DNA from: Gammaproteobacteria bacterium
Lineage (GTDB): Bacteria > Pseudomonadota > Gammaproteobacteria > Ga0077536
Direction of reading: 5' to 3'
Assembly (NCBI GenBank): GCA_963662545.2
Contig: CAXXLL010000002.1
Location: forward strand, 1,152,001-1,216,000
Length of the DNA: 64,000 nt
Below are positions 19,723 to 30,086 of the stretch, piece by piece. Each line of letters begins with the position of its first letter. Position 1 is the stretch's first letter. The position numbers were made by a program, and so were the translations under genes. Below the pieces are notes generated by a model that saw only the letters and a list, made by a program, of their open reading frames with translations, was not told where the DNA came from and ran no database searches.

Positions 19723-21000
19723 CTAAAGCGTGCCGAGCACGTCTTCGAGACAGCCGATGAGTAGATCGGCATTCTCGCGCGAGAACGGCATGGGTGGACG
19801 CATTTTCAACACATTATCGAAAGGCCCGATACGACCCATGAGTACGCCGCGTTCCTTCATCATGTTGACCACGCGATCACTTTCCTCGGATGCCGGCTCT
19901 TTGGTTTCGCGGTCCCGCACGAGTTCGATACCAATCCAGAATCCGCGACCGCGCACGTCGCCTATGAGGTCGTATTTATCCTGTAATCGACCGAGCCCTT
20001 CCCTCACGTAGGCACCGACCTTGCGGGCATTTTCCATCAGGTTCTCATTTTCCATGACGTCGAGTACAGCGTTGCCGACGGCGCAGGAGACCGGGTTACC
20101 GCCGAACGTATTGAAATAGAACGACCGCTCGCGAAATTCGTTAATCAGATCGGCGCGGGCCACGACCGCCGCGAGCGGATGGCCGTTACCAATTGGTTTG
20201 CCAAGTGTGACGATGTCCGGGATCACGCCGTCGATTTCATGCCCCCACATCTGTCCCGTCCGCCCGAATCCTGCTTGAACTTCATCGGCGATATAGAGCC
20301 CGCCAGCAGCGCGCACGTGCTCGACGGCTTTCTGCATGAATCCGGGTGGCGCATGCGGCAATCCCTCGTTGGCGAAAATGGGACAGACCAGCATCCCCGC
20401 GAAACCGACGCCATTCGTTTCGAAGTCGGCAATCGCCTCTTTCACGTTCGCGGCATACGCGTCGGCGAGCGCATCGCCCGAAAGCCCGTTGAAAGGACGG
20501 TAACCGTCCGGAAACGGAATGGCACGCACGTTCGGACTGGGCGCCATACCGCCATAAAACAACGGTGAGATTTCATCCACGGCCGTGGTGTTGCCGTGGT
20601 AGGTCATGTCGGTACAAATGATGCCCTTGCCACCCGTCGTCATGCGCGCAATGCGTAGCGCCTGATCGTTGGCTTCCGATCCAGTACACACGAACATGAC
20701 CATCGACAGGGCAGGATCAAAAAGCGCGGTCAGCCGCTCGCCGTAGGCGAGGATGGTTTCGTGCAGATAACGCGTGTGCACATTGAGTGTTGCCGCCTGC
20801 CGTGTCAGTGCTTCGACTACATGCGGGTGGCAGTGGCCGACATGGGGCACATTGTTGTAGCAGTCGAGGTAGCGCTTCCCATCCGCGTCATACAACCACA
20901 CGCCTTCACCCCGTACGATTTGTACGGGTTCTTGATAAAACAAGGGTGCCTTGGCGCCGAGCAAACGCGATCGCCTTTCGATGAGTCCCGCGTTATCCAT
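19723..21000 (-). CDS. Class III aminotransferase-fold protein, probable amino-alcohol phosphate phospho-lyase
   Basis: [55 protein letters not shown] (AGXT2L-type subfamily). Confidence 0.85.
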   Translation of the reverse strand: MDNAGLIERRSRLLGAKAPLFYQEPVQIVRGEGVWLYDADGKRYLDCYNNVPHVGHCHPHVVEALTRQAATLNVHTRYLHETILAYGERLTALFDPALSMVMFVCTGSEANDQALRIARMTTGGKGIICTDMTYHGNTTAVDEISPLFYGGMAPSPNVRAIPFPDGYRPFNGLSGDALADAYAANVKEAIADFETNGVGFAGMLVCPIFANEGLPHAPPGFMQKAVEHVRAAGGLYIADEVQAGFGRTGQMWGHEIDGVIPDIVTLGKPIGNGHPLAAVVARADLINEFRERSFYFNTFGGNPVSCAVGNAVLDVMENENLMENARKVGAYVREGLGRLQDKYDLIGDVRGRGFWIGIELVRDRETKEPASEESDRVVNMMKERGVLMGRIGPFDNVLKMRPPMPFSRENADLLIGCLEDVLGTL

Positions 21001-21046
21001 CGTGTTTCTCCCGATTGAATCCGAGCCTGCCGGGCCCGGACTGCAG

Positions 21047-21814
21047 TTACGCGTTCAGGGCTTCGAGTGTCTCCGGCTGGAGCTGTCCGCCATCGATGAT
21101 AATCGTCTGCCCGGTGATGTAGCCGGCTTCCTTCGAGGCCAGGAACAGGGCGGCGTTGCCCACGTCCTCGACGGTCCCGAGCTTTTTCAGGGGAATCGAG
21201 GCGGCCATGGTATCGAGGTAGCCGTCGCCTAGCCCCTCTAGGCCTTCGGTCACGACATTCCCCGGCACCACGGCGTTGACCGTGATGCCGTACTTGGCAA
21301 GCTCGATACAAGCGGTGCGCACAAATCCGATTTGCCCCGCTTTGCTCGACCCGTAGTGACTCCAGCCCGGAAAGCCTGTTACGAAACCGGTGATGGAAGA
21401 CGTCAGGACAACCCGGCCCTGGTCCGATTTTTTCATGTGCGGAAGACACGCTTTAACAGTCAGAAAACTGCCGCGCAGATTGACCGCCATAACGTCGTCC
21501 CACTCGGCGGGATCCATCTCTTCGATTACTGTCTGTGGAAATATGCCGGCGTTGGAACACAACACGTCGATACCGCCGAACGCCTCGACGGCGGCGGTCG
21601 CCATGCGTTGGCAGGCGTCCCAGTCGCTGATGTCTGCGGCATGGCCGAGAGCGCCGTGACCGATCTCCTCGGCACAGGCGTCCGCTTCCTCCCGGTTGCG
21701 GGAAACGACCAGCACTTTTGCATCGTGTTTGGCGAAAACGCGCGCGATCCCTTTGCCGATGCCTCTACTGGCGCCGGTGACGATGACTGAACGGCCGGAA
21801 ATCGGTGTGAGCAT
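21047..21814 (-). CDS. SDR oxidoreductase, aminopropanol dehydrogenase/FabG-like
   Basis: TGASRGIG, NAG, TSSITG..TGFPGWSHYGSSK, PGNVVTEGL. Confidence 0.88.
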   Translation of the reverse strand: MLTPISGRSVIVTGASRGIGKGIARVFAKHDAKVLVVSRNREEADACAEEIGHGALGHAADISDWDACQRMATAAVEAFGGIDVLCSNAGIFPQTVIEEMDPAEWDDVMAVNLRGSFLTVKACLPHMKKSDQGRVVLTSSITGFVTGFPGWSHYGSSKAGQIGFVRTACIELAKYGITVNAVVPGNVVTEGLEGLGDGYLDTMAASIPLKKLGTVEDVGNAALFLASKEAGYITGQTIIIDGGQLQPETLEALNA

Positions 21815-22008
21815 GCCTGGTCCCCCGTGTGAATTCCCACGCAGTATACGAGGTCTGATACGCGGTTTTCCTGCAGGCGGACCTACGATGGTTGCCGGAT
21901 TGAACGCTGAAATGTCTCGTGTTTCGGCGCCGCTCCTTGCGGCTTCTAATCGCGAATGAAGTTGAACGAAGTCCGTATAATCCCCGGGGTTTACGGAGGA
22001 CCCGGCAG

Positions 22009-23019
22009 ATGAATTCTCGTTTTGAAGCGCTTGGCGAAGCCGAGCGCATCGATCATCTGACGAGCGTAGCGCTCAGAGCAGTACCCTACTGGGGCGTATC
22101 CGAAGCGGCGAAGCTGACGCTTCTGAACATTTCCGAGAACGCCACGTATCGCGTGGACGATCCGGCGCACGACCGACCGCGGATACTTCGTGTTCACCGC
22201 ACCGGATATCACACGCTGAACGGTGTCCGAACCGAGCTCGCCTGGATGAAAGCCCTGCAGGATGAGGCCGGTGTGGAAACGCCGCAGGCGATCCCCGCTG
22301 CCGATGGCGAGCTGATCCGAACCGTTGCGACGCCGGCACTGGACGAGAAACGTTTCGTCGTCATGTTTGCGTTTATCGAAGGAGAAGAGCCGGACGAAAG
22401 CGACTTGCTGGGCCCGTTCGAACGTCTCGGCGCAATTGCCGCAAAGATGCATTTGCATGCCCGGAATTGGAAACGTCCGGCCTATTTCGAGCGGCTGGTG
22501 TGGGACTTCGATCGATCGCTCGGCAATAACCCGAATTGGGGCGATTGGCGCCATGGATTGGCACTCGATGCCGAGCGCATCGCGCTGTTCCAGCAGATGT
22601 CGGACATCATCGAGACCCGGCTCGAGCATTTCGGTTCAGGACCTGATCGCTTCGGCCTCATTCATGCCGATCTGCGCCTCGCTAACCTGCTCGTACAGGG
22701 CGACGAGACCCGCGTTATCGATTTCGACGACGCGGGTCTCGGCTGGTTTCTCTACGATTTCGCGACCGCCGTCAGCTTTATGGAAGACAGGGAGGATATC
22801 GCCGACCTCATCGATGCCTGGGTCCGTGGTTACCGTATGCTCGCGCCGTTGAGCGACGAAGAGGAGGCCGAGATCCCGACCTTTATGATGCTGCGGCGCC
22901 TTCTGATCCTGGCCTGGGTCGGCTCGCATGCCGATACCGATCTGGCCCGCGAACTCGGTGACGCCGCTAGTGACGACACGGTTCCCCTGGCCCGTCGGTA
23001 TATCGAGAAGTTCGGCTAG
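22009..23019 (+). CDS. APH-like phosphotransferase (amino-alcohol kinase-like)
   Basis: SENATY, LRVHR, IHADLRLANLL, IDFDD; GGAGGA RBS before ATG 22009. Confidence 0.87.
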   Translation: MNSRFEALGEAERIDHLTSVALRAVPYWGVSEAAKLTLLNISENATYRVDDPAHDRPRILRVHRTGYHTLNGVRTELAWMKALQDEAGVETPQAIPAADGELIRTVATPALDEKRFVVMFAFIEGEEPDESDLLGPFERLGAIAAKMHLHARNWKRPAYFERLVWDFDRSLGNNPNWGDWRHGLALDAERIALFQQMSDIIETRLEHFGSGPDRFGLIHADLRLANLLVQGDETRVIDFDDAGLGWFLYDFATAVSFMEDREDIADLIDAWVRGYRMLAPLSDEEEAEIPTFMMLRRLLILAWVGSHADTDLARELGDAASDDTVPLARRYIEKFG

Positions 23020-23039
23020 TTACGGAAGGCCCTCAGGCT

Positions 23040-23783
23040 CTAAATTTCGAACAGAACGTCCGAACGAATGATGTACTTGGTTCCGCTGACGATCGCCTCG
23101 GAGCTGTGCAGGCAATGCAGGCGATGGAGGCCGTGCGGAAAACACAGCACGCCGCCGGATGGTGTCCTGACATTAATTACAATGGCCGGCTCACTATCGC
23201 GCGCGGGCTGTAATGGATCGTCTTTGTTCAGGTAGAACTGGGTGCGCCCCCCGGTATAGTCGTCGCCAAGAAACACAATAAAAGAGAGCTGACTCCAGCG
23301 GTCCGTGTAAGCATTGGCGATCAACTTATTATCGACGACCATGCTTCCCGGCCACGCGCCGTCGGTATGGGGCTTGAAGTAATCGCCTTGCTGATAGCGA
23401 TAAAAGCGGAAACGCGCGTTCACTCCCACGGCGCGCTTGCCTGAAAACAGGTCGAGATTGTCGTTGGTCAGGTCCGCGGAACGCCGCCACAGGATGTCAG
23501 TGGTTGCCTGGTCGGCAACCCAGGTGACGTTGTGGTTATGGCGGATCGAACGCGGTAGCGAAACCGCGGCGTCGGGTAAATAGCCGAGCGATTCAGTCAG
23601 TTCGATGAGATGCTGACACTCCGATGTCGAGAGGACATTGAGTAACTGAAACGCCCCCGGTAGCGCGTCGACCTCTCGCCGTTCGACAACGCCGGGATAG
23701 TCCACGGCAAGGCCGGCCGGATTGCTCTCGTCATTGGCCCAGGTAGGTAACGCCGGATGCTCTGCGCCGGGTTCCCTCGCCAC
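23040..23783 (-). CDS. 2OG-Fe(II) oxygenase (prolyl 4-hydroxylase-like); native start may be displaced by the IS91 end
   Basis: FKPHTDG, GGRT, LHSS, KYIIRSD. Confidence 0.82.
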   Translation of the reverse strand: MAREPGAEHPALPTWANDESNPAGLAVDYPGVVERREVDALPGAFQLLNVLSTSECQHLIELTESLGYLPDAAVSLPRSIRHNHNVTWVADQATTDILWRRSADLTNDNLDLFSGKRAVGVNARFRFYRYQQGDYFKPHTDGAWPGSMVVDNKLIANAYTDRWSQLSFIVFLGDDYTGGRTQFYLNKDDPLQPARDSEPAIVINVRTPSGGVLCFPHGLHRLHCLHSSEAIVSGTKYIIRSDVLFEI

Positions 23784-23802
23784 GACGTAGAAACTGTCCG
23801 GA

Positions 23803-24185
23803 GTATAGGACGGACAAAGCCTATTTTAGGAGTATCCGAGATTAAAGCATACGGTGGTTCTGTTGGAAACGCGGCTGAGAAATCGATGAACGGTGAGAAA
23901 ACCAGGCGTTTAATGGGCAGGAAACGGTTGCTGGTGGCGGCGAAACGGGATTGAAGCCGAACGTGTCCGCGGCTGTCGCTAGCGAGGCTTGGCATCCGTG
24001 CTTGAAAGGGTTTTGTCGCGCAGTCGTTGAGCCCCGGCTGGGAAAGTTGGGGTGGCGCCCTGAGGGGGTGCATTTTGTTGTTCCCAATCGTCGTTGCGGC
24101 GCACTCGAGATGGTCGAGGATGCGCCGGATGACGGCGGGGTCTTGTATGCACGCGATGACCTTCACGCGGCCACCGCACGCCTCG
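23803..24185 (-). mobile_element. IS91 family 3' fragment with oriIS-like end
   Basis: CGGRVKVIACIQDPAVIRRILDHL...RAPP; minus-strand GGCTTTGTCCGTCCTATAC at ~23803-23822. Confidence 0.75.
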
Positions 24186-24359
24186 GTTGGGTTCCTGCAA
24201 CGCTGCCTCGCTTCGTGCGGCGCGGGCGGTTGCTGCTATCGCGGCGCGTTGCGCAGCACGGCCCCAGGTCCCACATTGGGTAAACGACGCAAGCTCGCTG
24301 GCGTGTAAGGTTTCAATCTCCGGCGCTACCGGATAGTCGCTGGTTGTGTACAGTGCCAT
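24186..24359 (-). pseudogene. 5' fragment of an alkylhydroperoxidase (AhpD)-related protein
   Basis: MALYTTSDYPV...GTWGRAAQRAAIAATARAAR; fused to the IS91 fragment. Confidence 0.5.
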
Positions 24360-24454
24360 AAAACAACGCTCCTCCATTAGATTTAACTTTTACGCTGTAA
24401 CGCCGGGAGCTCAAGTAGACTCACTGAACGCCCACCGTAACGTTTACACACGTC

Positions 24455-25633
24455 CTACGCGATTGTGTATTGATCGTTCTCCAGTCGAATACGGCGGCGT
24501 AATCGAGCGCTGACAACGTTAGTCCCGCCCGTTTCTTTCATTGTTACATCGAAGCGGTCGCGGCCTGCGCCGTCGAGCGTATTAATCTCATCGAACGCGC
24601 GCTGGAAACAATACAGGGCACTCACGAATGTTTGGCGGTGAAACGTCACTCCGCGCGATTCGAAAGTAAACTGGCCAAGCATCGGGTGCGCGCTCAACGT
24701 GTCCGGATCGGTTCGGAGTGGCGTTCCGGATTTCAGATCAGTGCGCGCATCGCACCACGCGTTGAACGTGGTCACCATGCCAAGGATCTCCGGACCGGTA
24801 TCCTCGAAAAAGTAACGCAGCACCGGCAGCAAGGTATCTGGCAGCGCATCGTTTGCCAGATATTCCGGCGGCAAGTCAGCGAACTCGCCATCATCAATGC
24901 CCACCTCATTCATGCGCCCAGTCCAGCGAAAAACCTGCGGTGCTTTCATCTTCATCTCATGTGACGAGTGGGGATCACGAGAAAGATGCGCGTATAGCAG
25001 CACCATCAACCCGAAATCTGCAGGGCTTGGTCGCCCACCCAGGAGATAGGGCCATTGAAGAAAATGCGCGTTTAATACGTCGAGTAGTGCGAAGTACGAC
25101 TCCTCAATGGCCGGGATGGTTTCTTCGGTGACCCCAAGGTGTTCAAGATAGCCATCAAAGTAGGCCATGATGGGAGCGACGTCCTTGCGCTGCAGCTCCA
25201 TATCACGCTGGTGGGAGAAAAAATGGCCGAACGTCGCCTCAGCAAACGGTCGGTCATCTTCGAGGTAAGTCCAGCGATAGTGCATACCGGTTTTCACCAT
25301 CATTTCGGAACCAAAAAATGCCAGCAACCAGGCCATAGCCCGTTGTTGCGGGGACGTTGGGACAAGTGGATCCTCCGGATGCTCTGCTTCGAAATGAATT
25401 AGCGCGTCAGATGAGTCCTGGATGAGGGTGCCGTCGGTTAGCTCCATCACGGGCATGACGAAATAACCGATGAGTGGAATTATCTCTTGTTGAAAACGCG
25501 GATGCCCCAGAAATATCTGTTGGTAGGGGATTCCCTTTTTGATTAAGTAGGAGCGGATTCTGCCCGAATACCCCGAACCGGGCGCGCCCCAAAGAATCGG
25601 CTTGTCGTGTTGTTTTCCTGTTGTTTTAGACAT
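24455..25633 (-). CDS. Long glutathione S-transferase-like protein
   Basis: LWGAPGSGYSGRIRSYL, IQDSS, MHYRW, YLLGGRPSPADFG. Confidence 0.85.
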   Translation of the reverse strand: MSKTTGKQHDKPILWGAPGSGYSGRIRSYLIKKGIPYQQIFLGHPRFQQEIIPLIGYFVMPVMELTDGTLIQDSSDALIHFEAEHPEDPLVPTSPQQRAMAWLLAFFGSEMMVKTGMHYRWTYLEDDRPFAEATFGHFFSHQRDMELQRKDVAPIMAYFDGYLEHLGVTEETIPAIEESYFALLDVLNAHFLQWPYLLGGRPSPADFGLMVLLYAHLSRDPHSSHEMKMKAPQVFRWTGRMNEVGIDDGEFADLPPEYLANDALPDTLLPVLRYFFEDTGPEILGMVTTFNAWCDARTDLKSGTPLRTDPDTLSAHPMLGQFTFESRGVTFHRQTFVSALYCFQRAFDEINTLDGAGRDRFDVTMKETGGTNVVSARLRRRIRLENDQYTIA

Positions 25634-25719
25634 GGTTCTAGGCCTCATTTCAGCCGCTTAGCGGCTGGTTGTGGTAATGGATTACCGACGTCAGCGGCTA
25701 TCCTTGCGGGCGACCTGTT

Positions 25720-26898
25720 TCATGCGAGCTTGAAGCAATAGTGTTCACTTTTTATGCGGCGCGCGAGCTTCGTCGACATCAGCTCAGCGCCACCTGTACG
25801 CGTGATCAAACTGTCGAACGCGGCCTTGCCGTTTTCATCCAGCGCATCGATGACGTCAACAACGCGCTGAAAATGATGAACAACGTTGCTGAAAGCCTGG
25901 GAATGAATCGTTACACCGTGTAGCTCGAAATCAAAGTTCCCCAGTTCTGGATGTGCGCCGACCGGTGCCTTCGGGTCAGTCTGGATCAACGTGCCTGCAG
26001 GGCGATCCGGTTCTCGTGCAACCCAGGCATTGAAGGTATCGAGCATGCCCTGGAGCTGCGGGCCACAATCACGAAACAGATATTCGATAAACGGAATCAA
26101 CGTTTCTGGCAGCGCGTCGTCGGCCGGAAATTCATAATCCAGATCCATAAATTCGCCGTCCTTCAGATTCGCTTCAAACATTCGTTCAGTCCAACGATAA
26201 ACATGCGGTGCAATGTTCTTCATTAAATTCGCCGGGACCGGGTCCCGTCCGAGGTGGGCAAACAGCGGACCGATCAGACCGAAGTCGGCGAGGCTCGGAT
26301 GTCCCCCCAGCAAGTAAGGGTGGTGCAGGAAATGCTGATTTAAGATTTCGAGACACTCGATGTGCGATCCTTCGATAGCCGGGATCGTTTTCTCGTTGAC
26401 ACGCATCGCAGCGGGGAATCCGGCGAAGAATGCGCGGATTGGAGCGACCGCCTCTTGTTGCTGCTTTGGGTCCTTGGACGGAGAAATAGACCGCGCAAAT
26501 TCAGCATCCAGAAAATCTTGCTGTTCGGGAAAGTTCCAGCGGTAGTGCATCGCCGGTATAAAAAAAAGGTCACAACCGAAAAATTCAATCAACCAGGAGA
26601 CAGCTTGCTGTATTGGCGAACTTGGAACCATCGGCCGTTCGGGAAAACGTTGTTCTAAATGCACCATCGTATCGGTGCCATCCTGGATGACCATGCCGTC
26701 CTCCAGTTCGGTAACCGGTATGGCGAAATATCCCACGAGCGGAACAATCTCCTCCATGAATCGCGCATTGGAAGGAAAAATCTCTTGGTAATCGATACCC
26801 TTTTTTATGAGGTAGGCACGGGTACGGCCTGTCCATAGAGAACCGGGAGCGCCCCACAGCATAATCTTGTCGTGTTGCATGCCTGAGTTTCGATACAT
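25720..26898 (-). CDS. Long glutathione S-transferase-like protein, tandem paralog
   Basis: LWGAPGSLWTGRTRAYL, IQDGT, MHYRW, YLLGGHPSLADFG. Confidence 0.85.
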   Translation of the reverse strand: MYRNSGMQHDKIMLWGAPGSLWTGRTRAYLIKKGIDYQEIFPSNARFMEEIVPLVGYFAIPVTELEDGMVIQDGTDTMVHLEQRFPERPMVPSSPIQQAVSWLIEFFGCDLFFIPAMHYRWNFPEQQDFLDAEFARSISPSKDPKQQQEAVAPIRAFFAGFPAAMRVNEKTIPAIEGSHIECLEILNQHFLHHPYLLGGHPSLADFGLIGPLFAHLGRDPVPANLMKNIAPHVYRWTERMFEANLKDGEFMDLDYEFPADDALPETLIPFIEYLFRDCGPQLQGMLDTFNAWVAREPDRPAGTLIQTDPKAPVGAHPELGNFDFELHGVTIHSQAFSNVVHHFQRVVDVIDALDENGKAAFDSLITRTGGAELMSTKLARRIKSEHYCFKLA

Positions 26899-26982
26899 AG
26901 TGTTGTCTCCCTGGATGTGAAGGTTAGAAGTAGTCTCATAAATAACAGCGGAGCAGAATAAGGATACAGCTGAGGTGGACGA

Positions 26983-27762
26983 GGTACTGACAAGTTAAAA
27001 AGGTGGTGTGGGTCGAATGCGATCCAATTCTTAACTTAAGGGGCTGTAATCGCGTCCCAGGTCGAGAATGATCGAAGTCGGAACAGCTTAAAATATTTTC
27101 TGTTCAAGGAATGCCTGTGCAGATTGAACAGATTATAGACGGCAGCGTGACTTTCCAGGAATCGCTGGGCTTGGGTGATTGATTTGAATCGTCGCATGCC
27201 TCGTTCTCTGACGCGAGTTGGTTGATGTGAAAGTTCTGCTCGATTGTTGGCGTACTGTTGAGTGTTGTGGCGGACTTCTGGTATTAATGATCGATGTGCG
27301 ACACCGTAGCTGCGCAGTTTGTCTGTGACGATTTCTCTTGGTGTATCGCCCGATTTCAGAAATCGATGGAAGAATCGTTTTGCTGCTTTCGCATCTCTTC
27401 GTTTTTGCAGATAGATATCTACGACTTCACCATCTTGGTCAACAGCGCGCCAAAGGTAGTGCTGCTTACCTCCAATCTTGACGAACACTTCGTCCAAAAA
27501 GTAGGTATCGCCGAAGCCAGCGTGGCTGCGGCGAAGACGTTTGGTAAACTCAGGGCCGAATTTGTTGATCCAGAGCCGAATGGCTTCATAGCTAACGGAA
27601 ATATTGCGTTCGGCTAACAAGTCCTCCACATCTCGAATGCTGAGATTGAAACGGTAGTAGAGCCAAACGGCGTGTTGAATGATAGAACGCGGAAATCGGT
27701 GGCGCTTATAGATGTTTTTCATCCTGATATGCTGCCAGAGGAGCGATTGACTTGTCAGTACG
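26983..27762 (-). mobile_element. IS6 family element, intact transposase 27036-27722
   Basis: YKRHRFP, LDEVF, YLWRAVDQDG, TDKLRSY, NNRAE; IRs GGTACTGACAAGTTAA / TTGACTTGTCAGTACG. Confidence 0.92.
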
Positions 27763-29000
27763 GCCCAAGCTTCTGATCTACACATTCGATATGTTCGGCA
27801 TGGGTCACTTGATGCGCGCCCTGAAGATAGTGGACGCTTTCCACGCCCGGTGGCCTGACTTATCCACCTTGATCGTGTCCGGCTCTCCCGCCGCAAGTCT
27901 GTACGAGCGGCCGGAGGGTGTTCAGCTGCTGGAGATTCCAGCGGTTTCGCGCGACAAAGATCTCCAGCGGGTGTCGCGTGACCCTAGATACTCGTTAGAG
28001 GAAGCCAGGCAGCGACGGGCTGAACTGATCTTCGCAGCCGCTCGGGATTTCGAACCGACCCTGGTCTTAGCTGACAACGAACCTGTTGGCATGGACGGTG
28101 AGGCACTTCCAACTCTGAGGTGGCTCAAGGAGAGGGAGAGCAATCCATTTTTTGTGCTTGGCATTCGCGATGTCGTGGGCACGCCAGAGGTCATTAGAGA
28201 ACACTGGCAGACCTACAGAGCTTATGAGGCGCTGGAGGAAATTTACGACAAGGTATTTGTCTACGGTACGCCTGAGTTCGACGATCCCGCTCTTAGTTAC
28301 ACGCTGAGTGCTCTTAGTTACACGCTCGGGTCAAAGAGAAGGTCGTGTTCACTGGATTTATCCCGGACTTTGTGGCTTCTGAAGAGAGTCACGAGGGCAT
28401 GGCAGACGACGGCGTTAAGAGGATCTTCCTCACGCTGGGGAGTGGTGAAGATGGGGAACAGGTTATCGTGGCCTTTCTTGACATGCTCGAGGGCAACGGC
28501 AGCGAACTAGCCGCGCAGAGTCTGGTAATAACGGGTCCGATGTTGCCAGACCCACCTATGAGTTCACTCAAGAGGCGGGCAGAGGCGCTCGGCATTGTGT
28601 TCAAGTCATTCGTCCCCAGCATCATTCCCTTCTTGAAGAGCGCCGACCTGGTCATTTCGATGGGAGGCTATAACACGATGATGGAAATACTCTCCCACGC
28701 TAAACGGGCCTTGATCATCCCGCGCGTATGGGGGCGAGGCGACCAACTACTCCGAGCTCGAAAGCTGCACGAGCTGAACCTGCTCGACTTTATTCCGATT
28801 ACCGAGCTGACTACAGACCTGCTGTTCTCCTGGTAATAAGTACGGGAACGTGCAAAGCCTACTTGCCAGCAGTCCCACGAACGTGCAAAGCCTACTTGCC
28901 AGCAGTGGCCAATGCACGCGAGACGAACCTACTCCCCATGGACGGTGCAGAAGTCCTGGCCAGGGCATGCGAGCCGCTGCTCTTCAAGCGAGGCAGTTAG
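27763..29000 (+). pseudogene. GT-B glycosyltransferase (COG4671-like), start lost to IS6, frameshifted and with stops
   Basis: DMFGMGHLMR, TLGSGEDG, ADLVISMGGYNT, DQLLRA spread over three segments; two short duplications. Confidence 0.8.
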
Positions 29001-29074
29001 CGCCACGCCCACGCCTTCGGCAGCCCTCATCGCGTCAGCGCCCTGCAGCACAGGCTGCGTGTTCATGTCATGGA

Positions 29075-29268
29075 GCTCAGCGTCTCCGGCGTGCACCCAA
29101 TCTTGCTCGATATCGACACCAGCGCCGACCAGCGCGATTCATAGTCCTTCTCATGTTCGAATAGCATCCGAACCGCCCGTTCCCGTATCTCCGGGGAATA
29201 CCGTTTTGATTTGCTCATGCTCCAATCCTCTCAAGATTTGGAGCCTCCGGTAAAGCCGGCGCGGTTCA
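29075..29268 (-). mobile_element. IS3 family (IS51-like) left end and orfA 5' fragment
   Basis: Minus-strand TGAACCGCGCCGG IR, then MSKSKRYSPEIRERAVRMLFEHEKDYESRWSALVSISSKIGCTPETL. Confidence 0.8.
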
Positions 29269-29893
29269 AGCATATGGAAATGCAGATTGAGGTTTAGCGC
29301 GCTGCCGAAACGTTGGATAAGGGTGACCGCGCCGGTGCTGGCGATGCGGCGCGTATATCGCGCCTTGTGCAGCTGATGCGTGGCCAGCGTTCGATAGACG
29401 ATGCCGAGTACACGGCCCATGACGGCTGGACGGGTGGCGAAGAGAAATCGCAAGGCATGCGGGAAGGTCACGAGCCATTGACGGATCGGGACATCGGGCA
29501 GGATGTCATCGACCAGTGAAGCCGCACTTTCGGCCATGCGCCGCGCGCCGCAGCTCGGGCAAAAGCCCCGGCGCTTGCAGGACGACTGCATGGATGCAGG
29601 AGGTAGAGCAATGCAGGAGCGATTGCCGAGAACGCGACCAGCCGCTCAACATGGCAATCTTCACAGCGAACACGCCAGAAGCCGTACTCGGGGCGAGAGC
29701 ACTTTAAGTAATCCTCGAATTCCCGCTCAACGTAGGCGGGCAAGGGCTTGCCCTGCGCCGCCATCGCATCGGCGAATTCCGGATAGTGCTGCTCGACGAG
29801 CCGATAGAGCAGTGTCTGTTCGGGACGGTGACGTTCGTTACGGAGAACACCGTGACCCGTGCTGGCGTCCCTGCAAGCTGGCGCCTGCGCCAT
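29269..29893 (-). mobile_element. IS91 family transposase 5' fragment, frameshifted
   Basis: RHRPEQTLLYRLV, CKRRGFCPSCGARRM, IQRFGSALNLNLHFHML (HUH motif) ending at the IS3 insertion. Confidence 0.88.
29583..29629. repeat. 45-bp inserted mini-element plus GA duplication
   Basis: Removing 29583-29629 restores ERLVAFSCKRRGFC in one frame. Confidence 0.75.
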
Positions 29894-30086
29894 GATCGCG
29901 TCCTTGCGTGGGTGGTACTCATAATCAGCTTAGCAGAGCGGGCAGGGGGCTGCGTCCAATGGGCGGTTCAGCGCCCAGGACGATGCATTCCCTTCTCTCG
30001 CTTCAAGCAGATATCGACGGCGCTTGAACCGGACGTTCCGAATCGACCTATGTTCGACAGACTGCCGGTATTGAGAGGATAAGCTC

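Noticed and set aside
4284-27762. Composite transposon bounded by the two IS6 elements
   Set aside because: The elements have different IRs and diverged transposases, and no shared flanking duplication is visible.
28846-28906. Mini-CRISPR or iteron
   Set aside because: Only two copies, 5 nt apart, inside a pseudogene.
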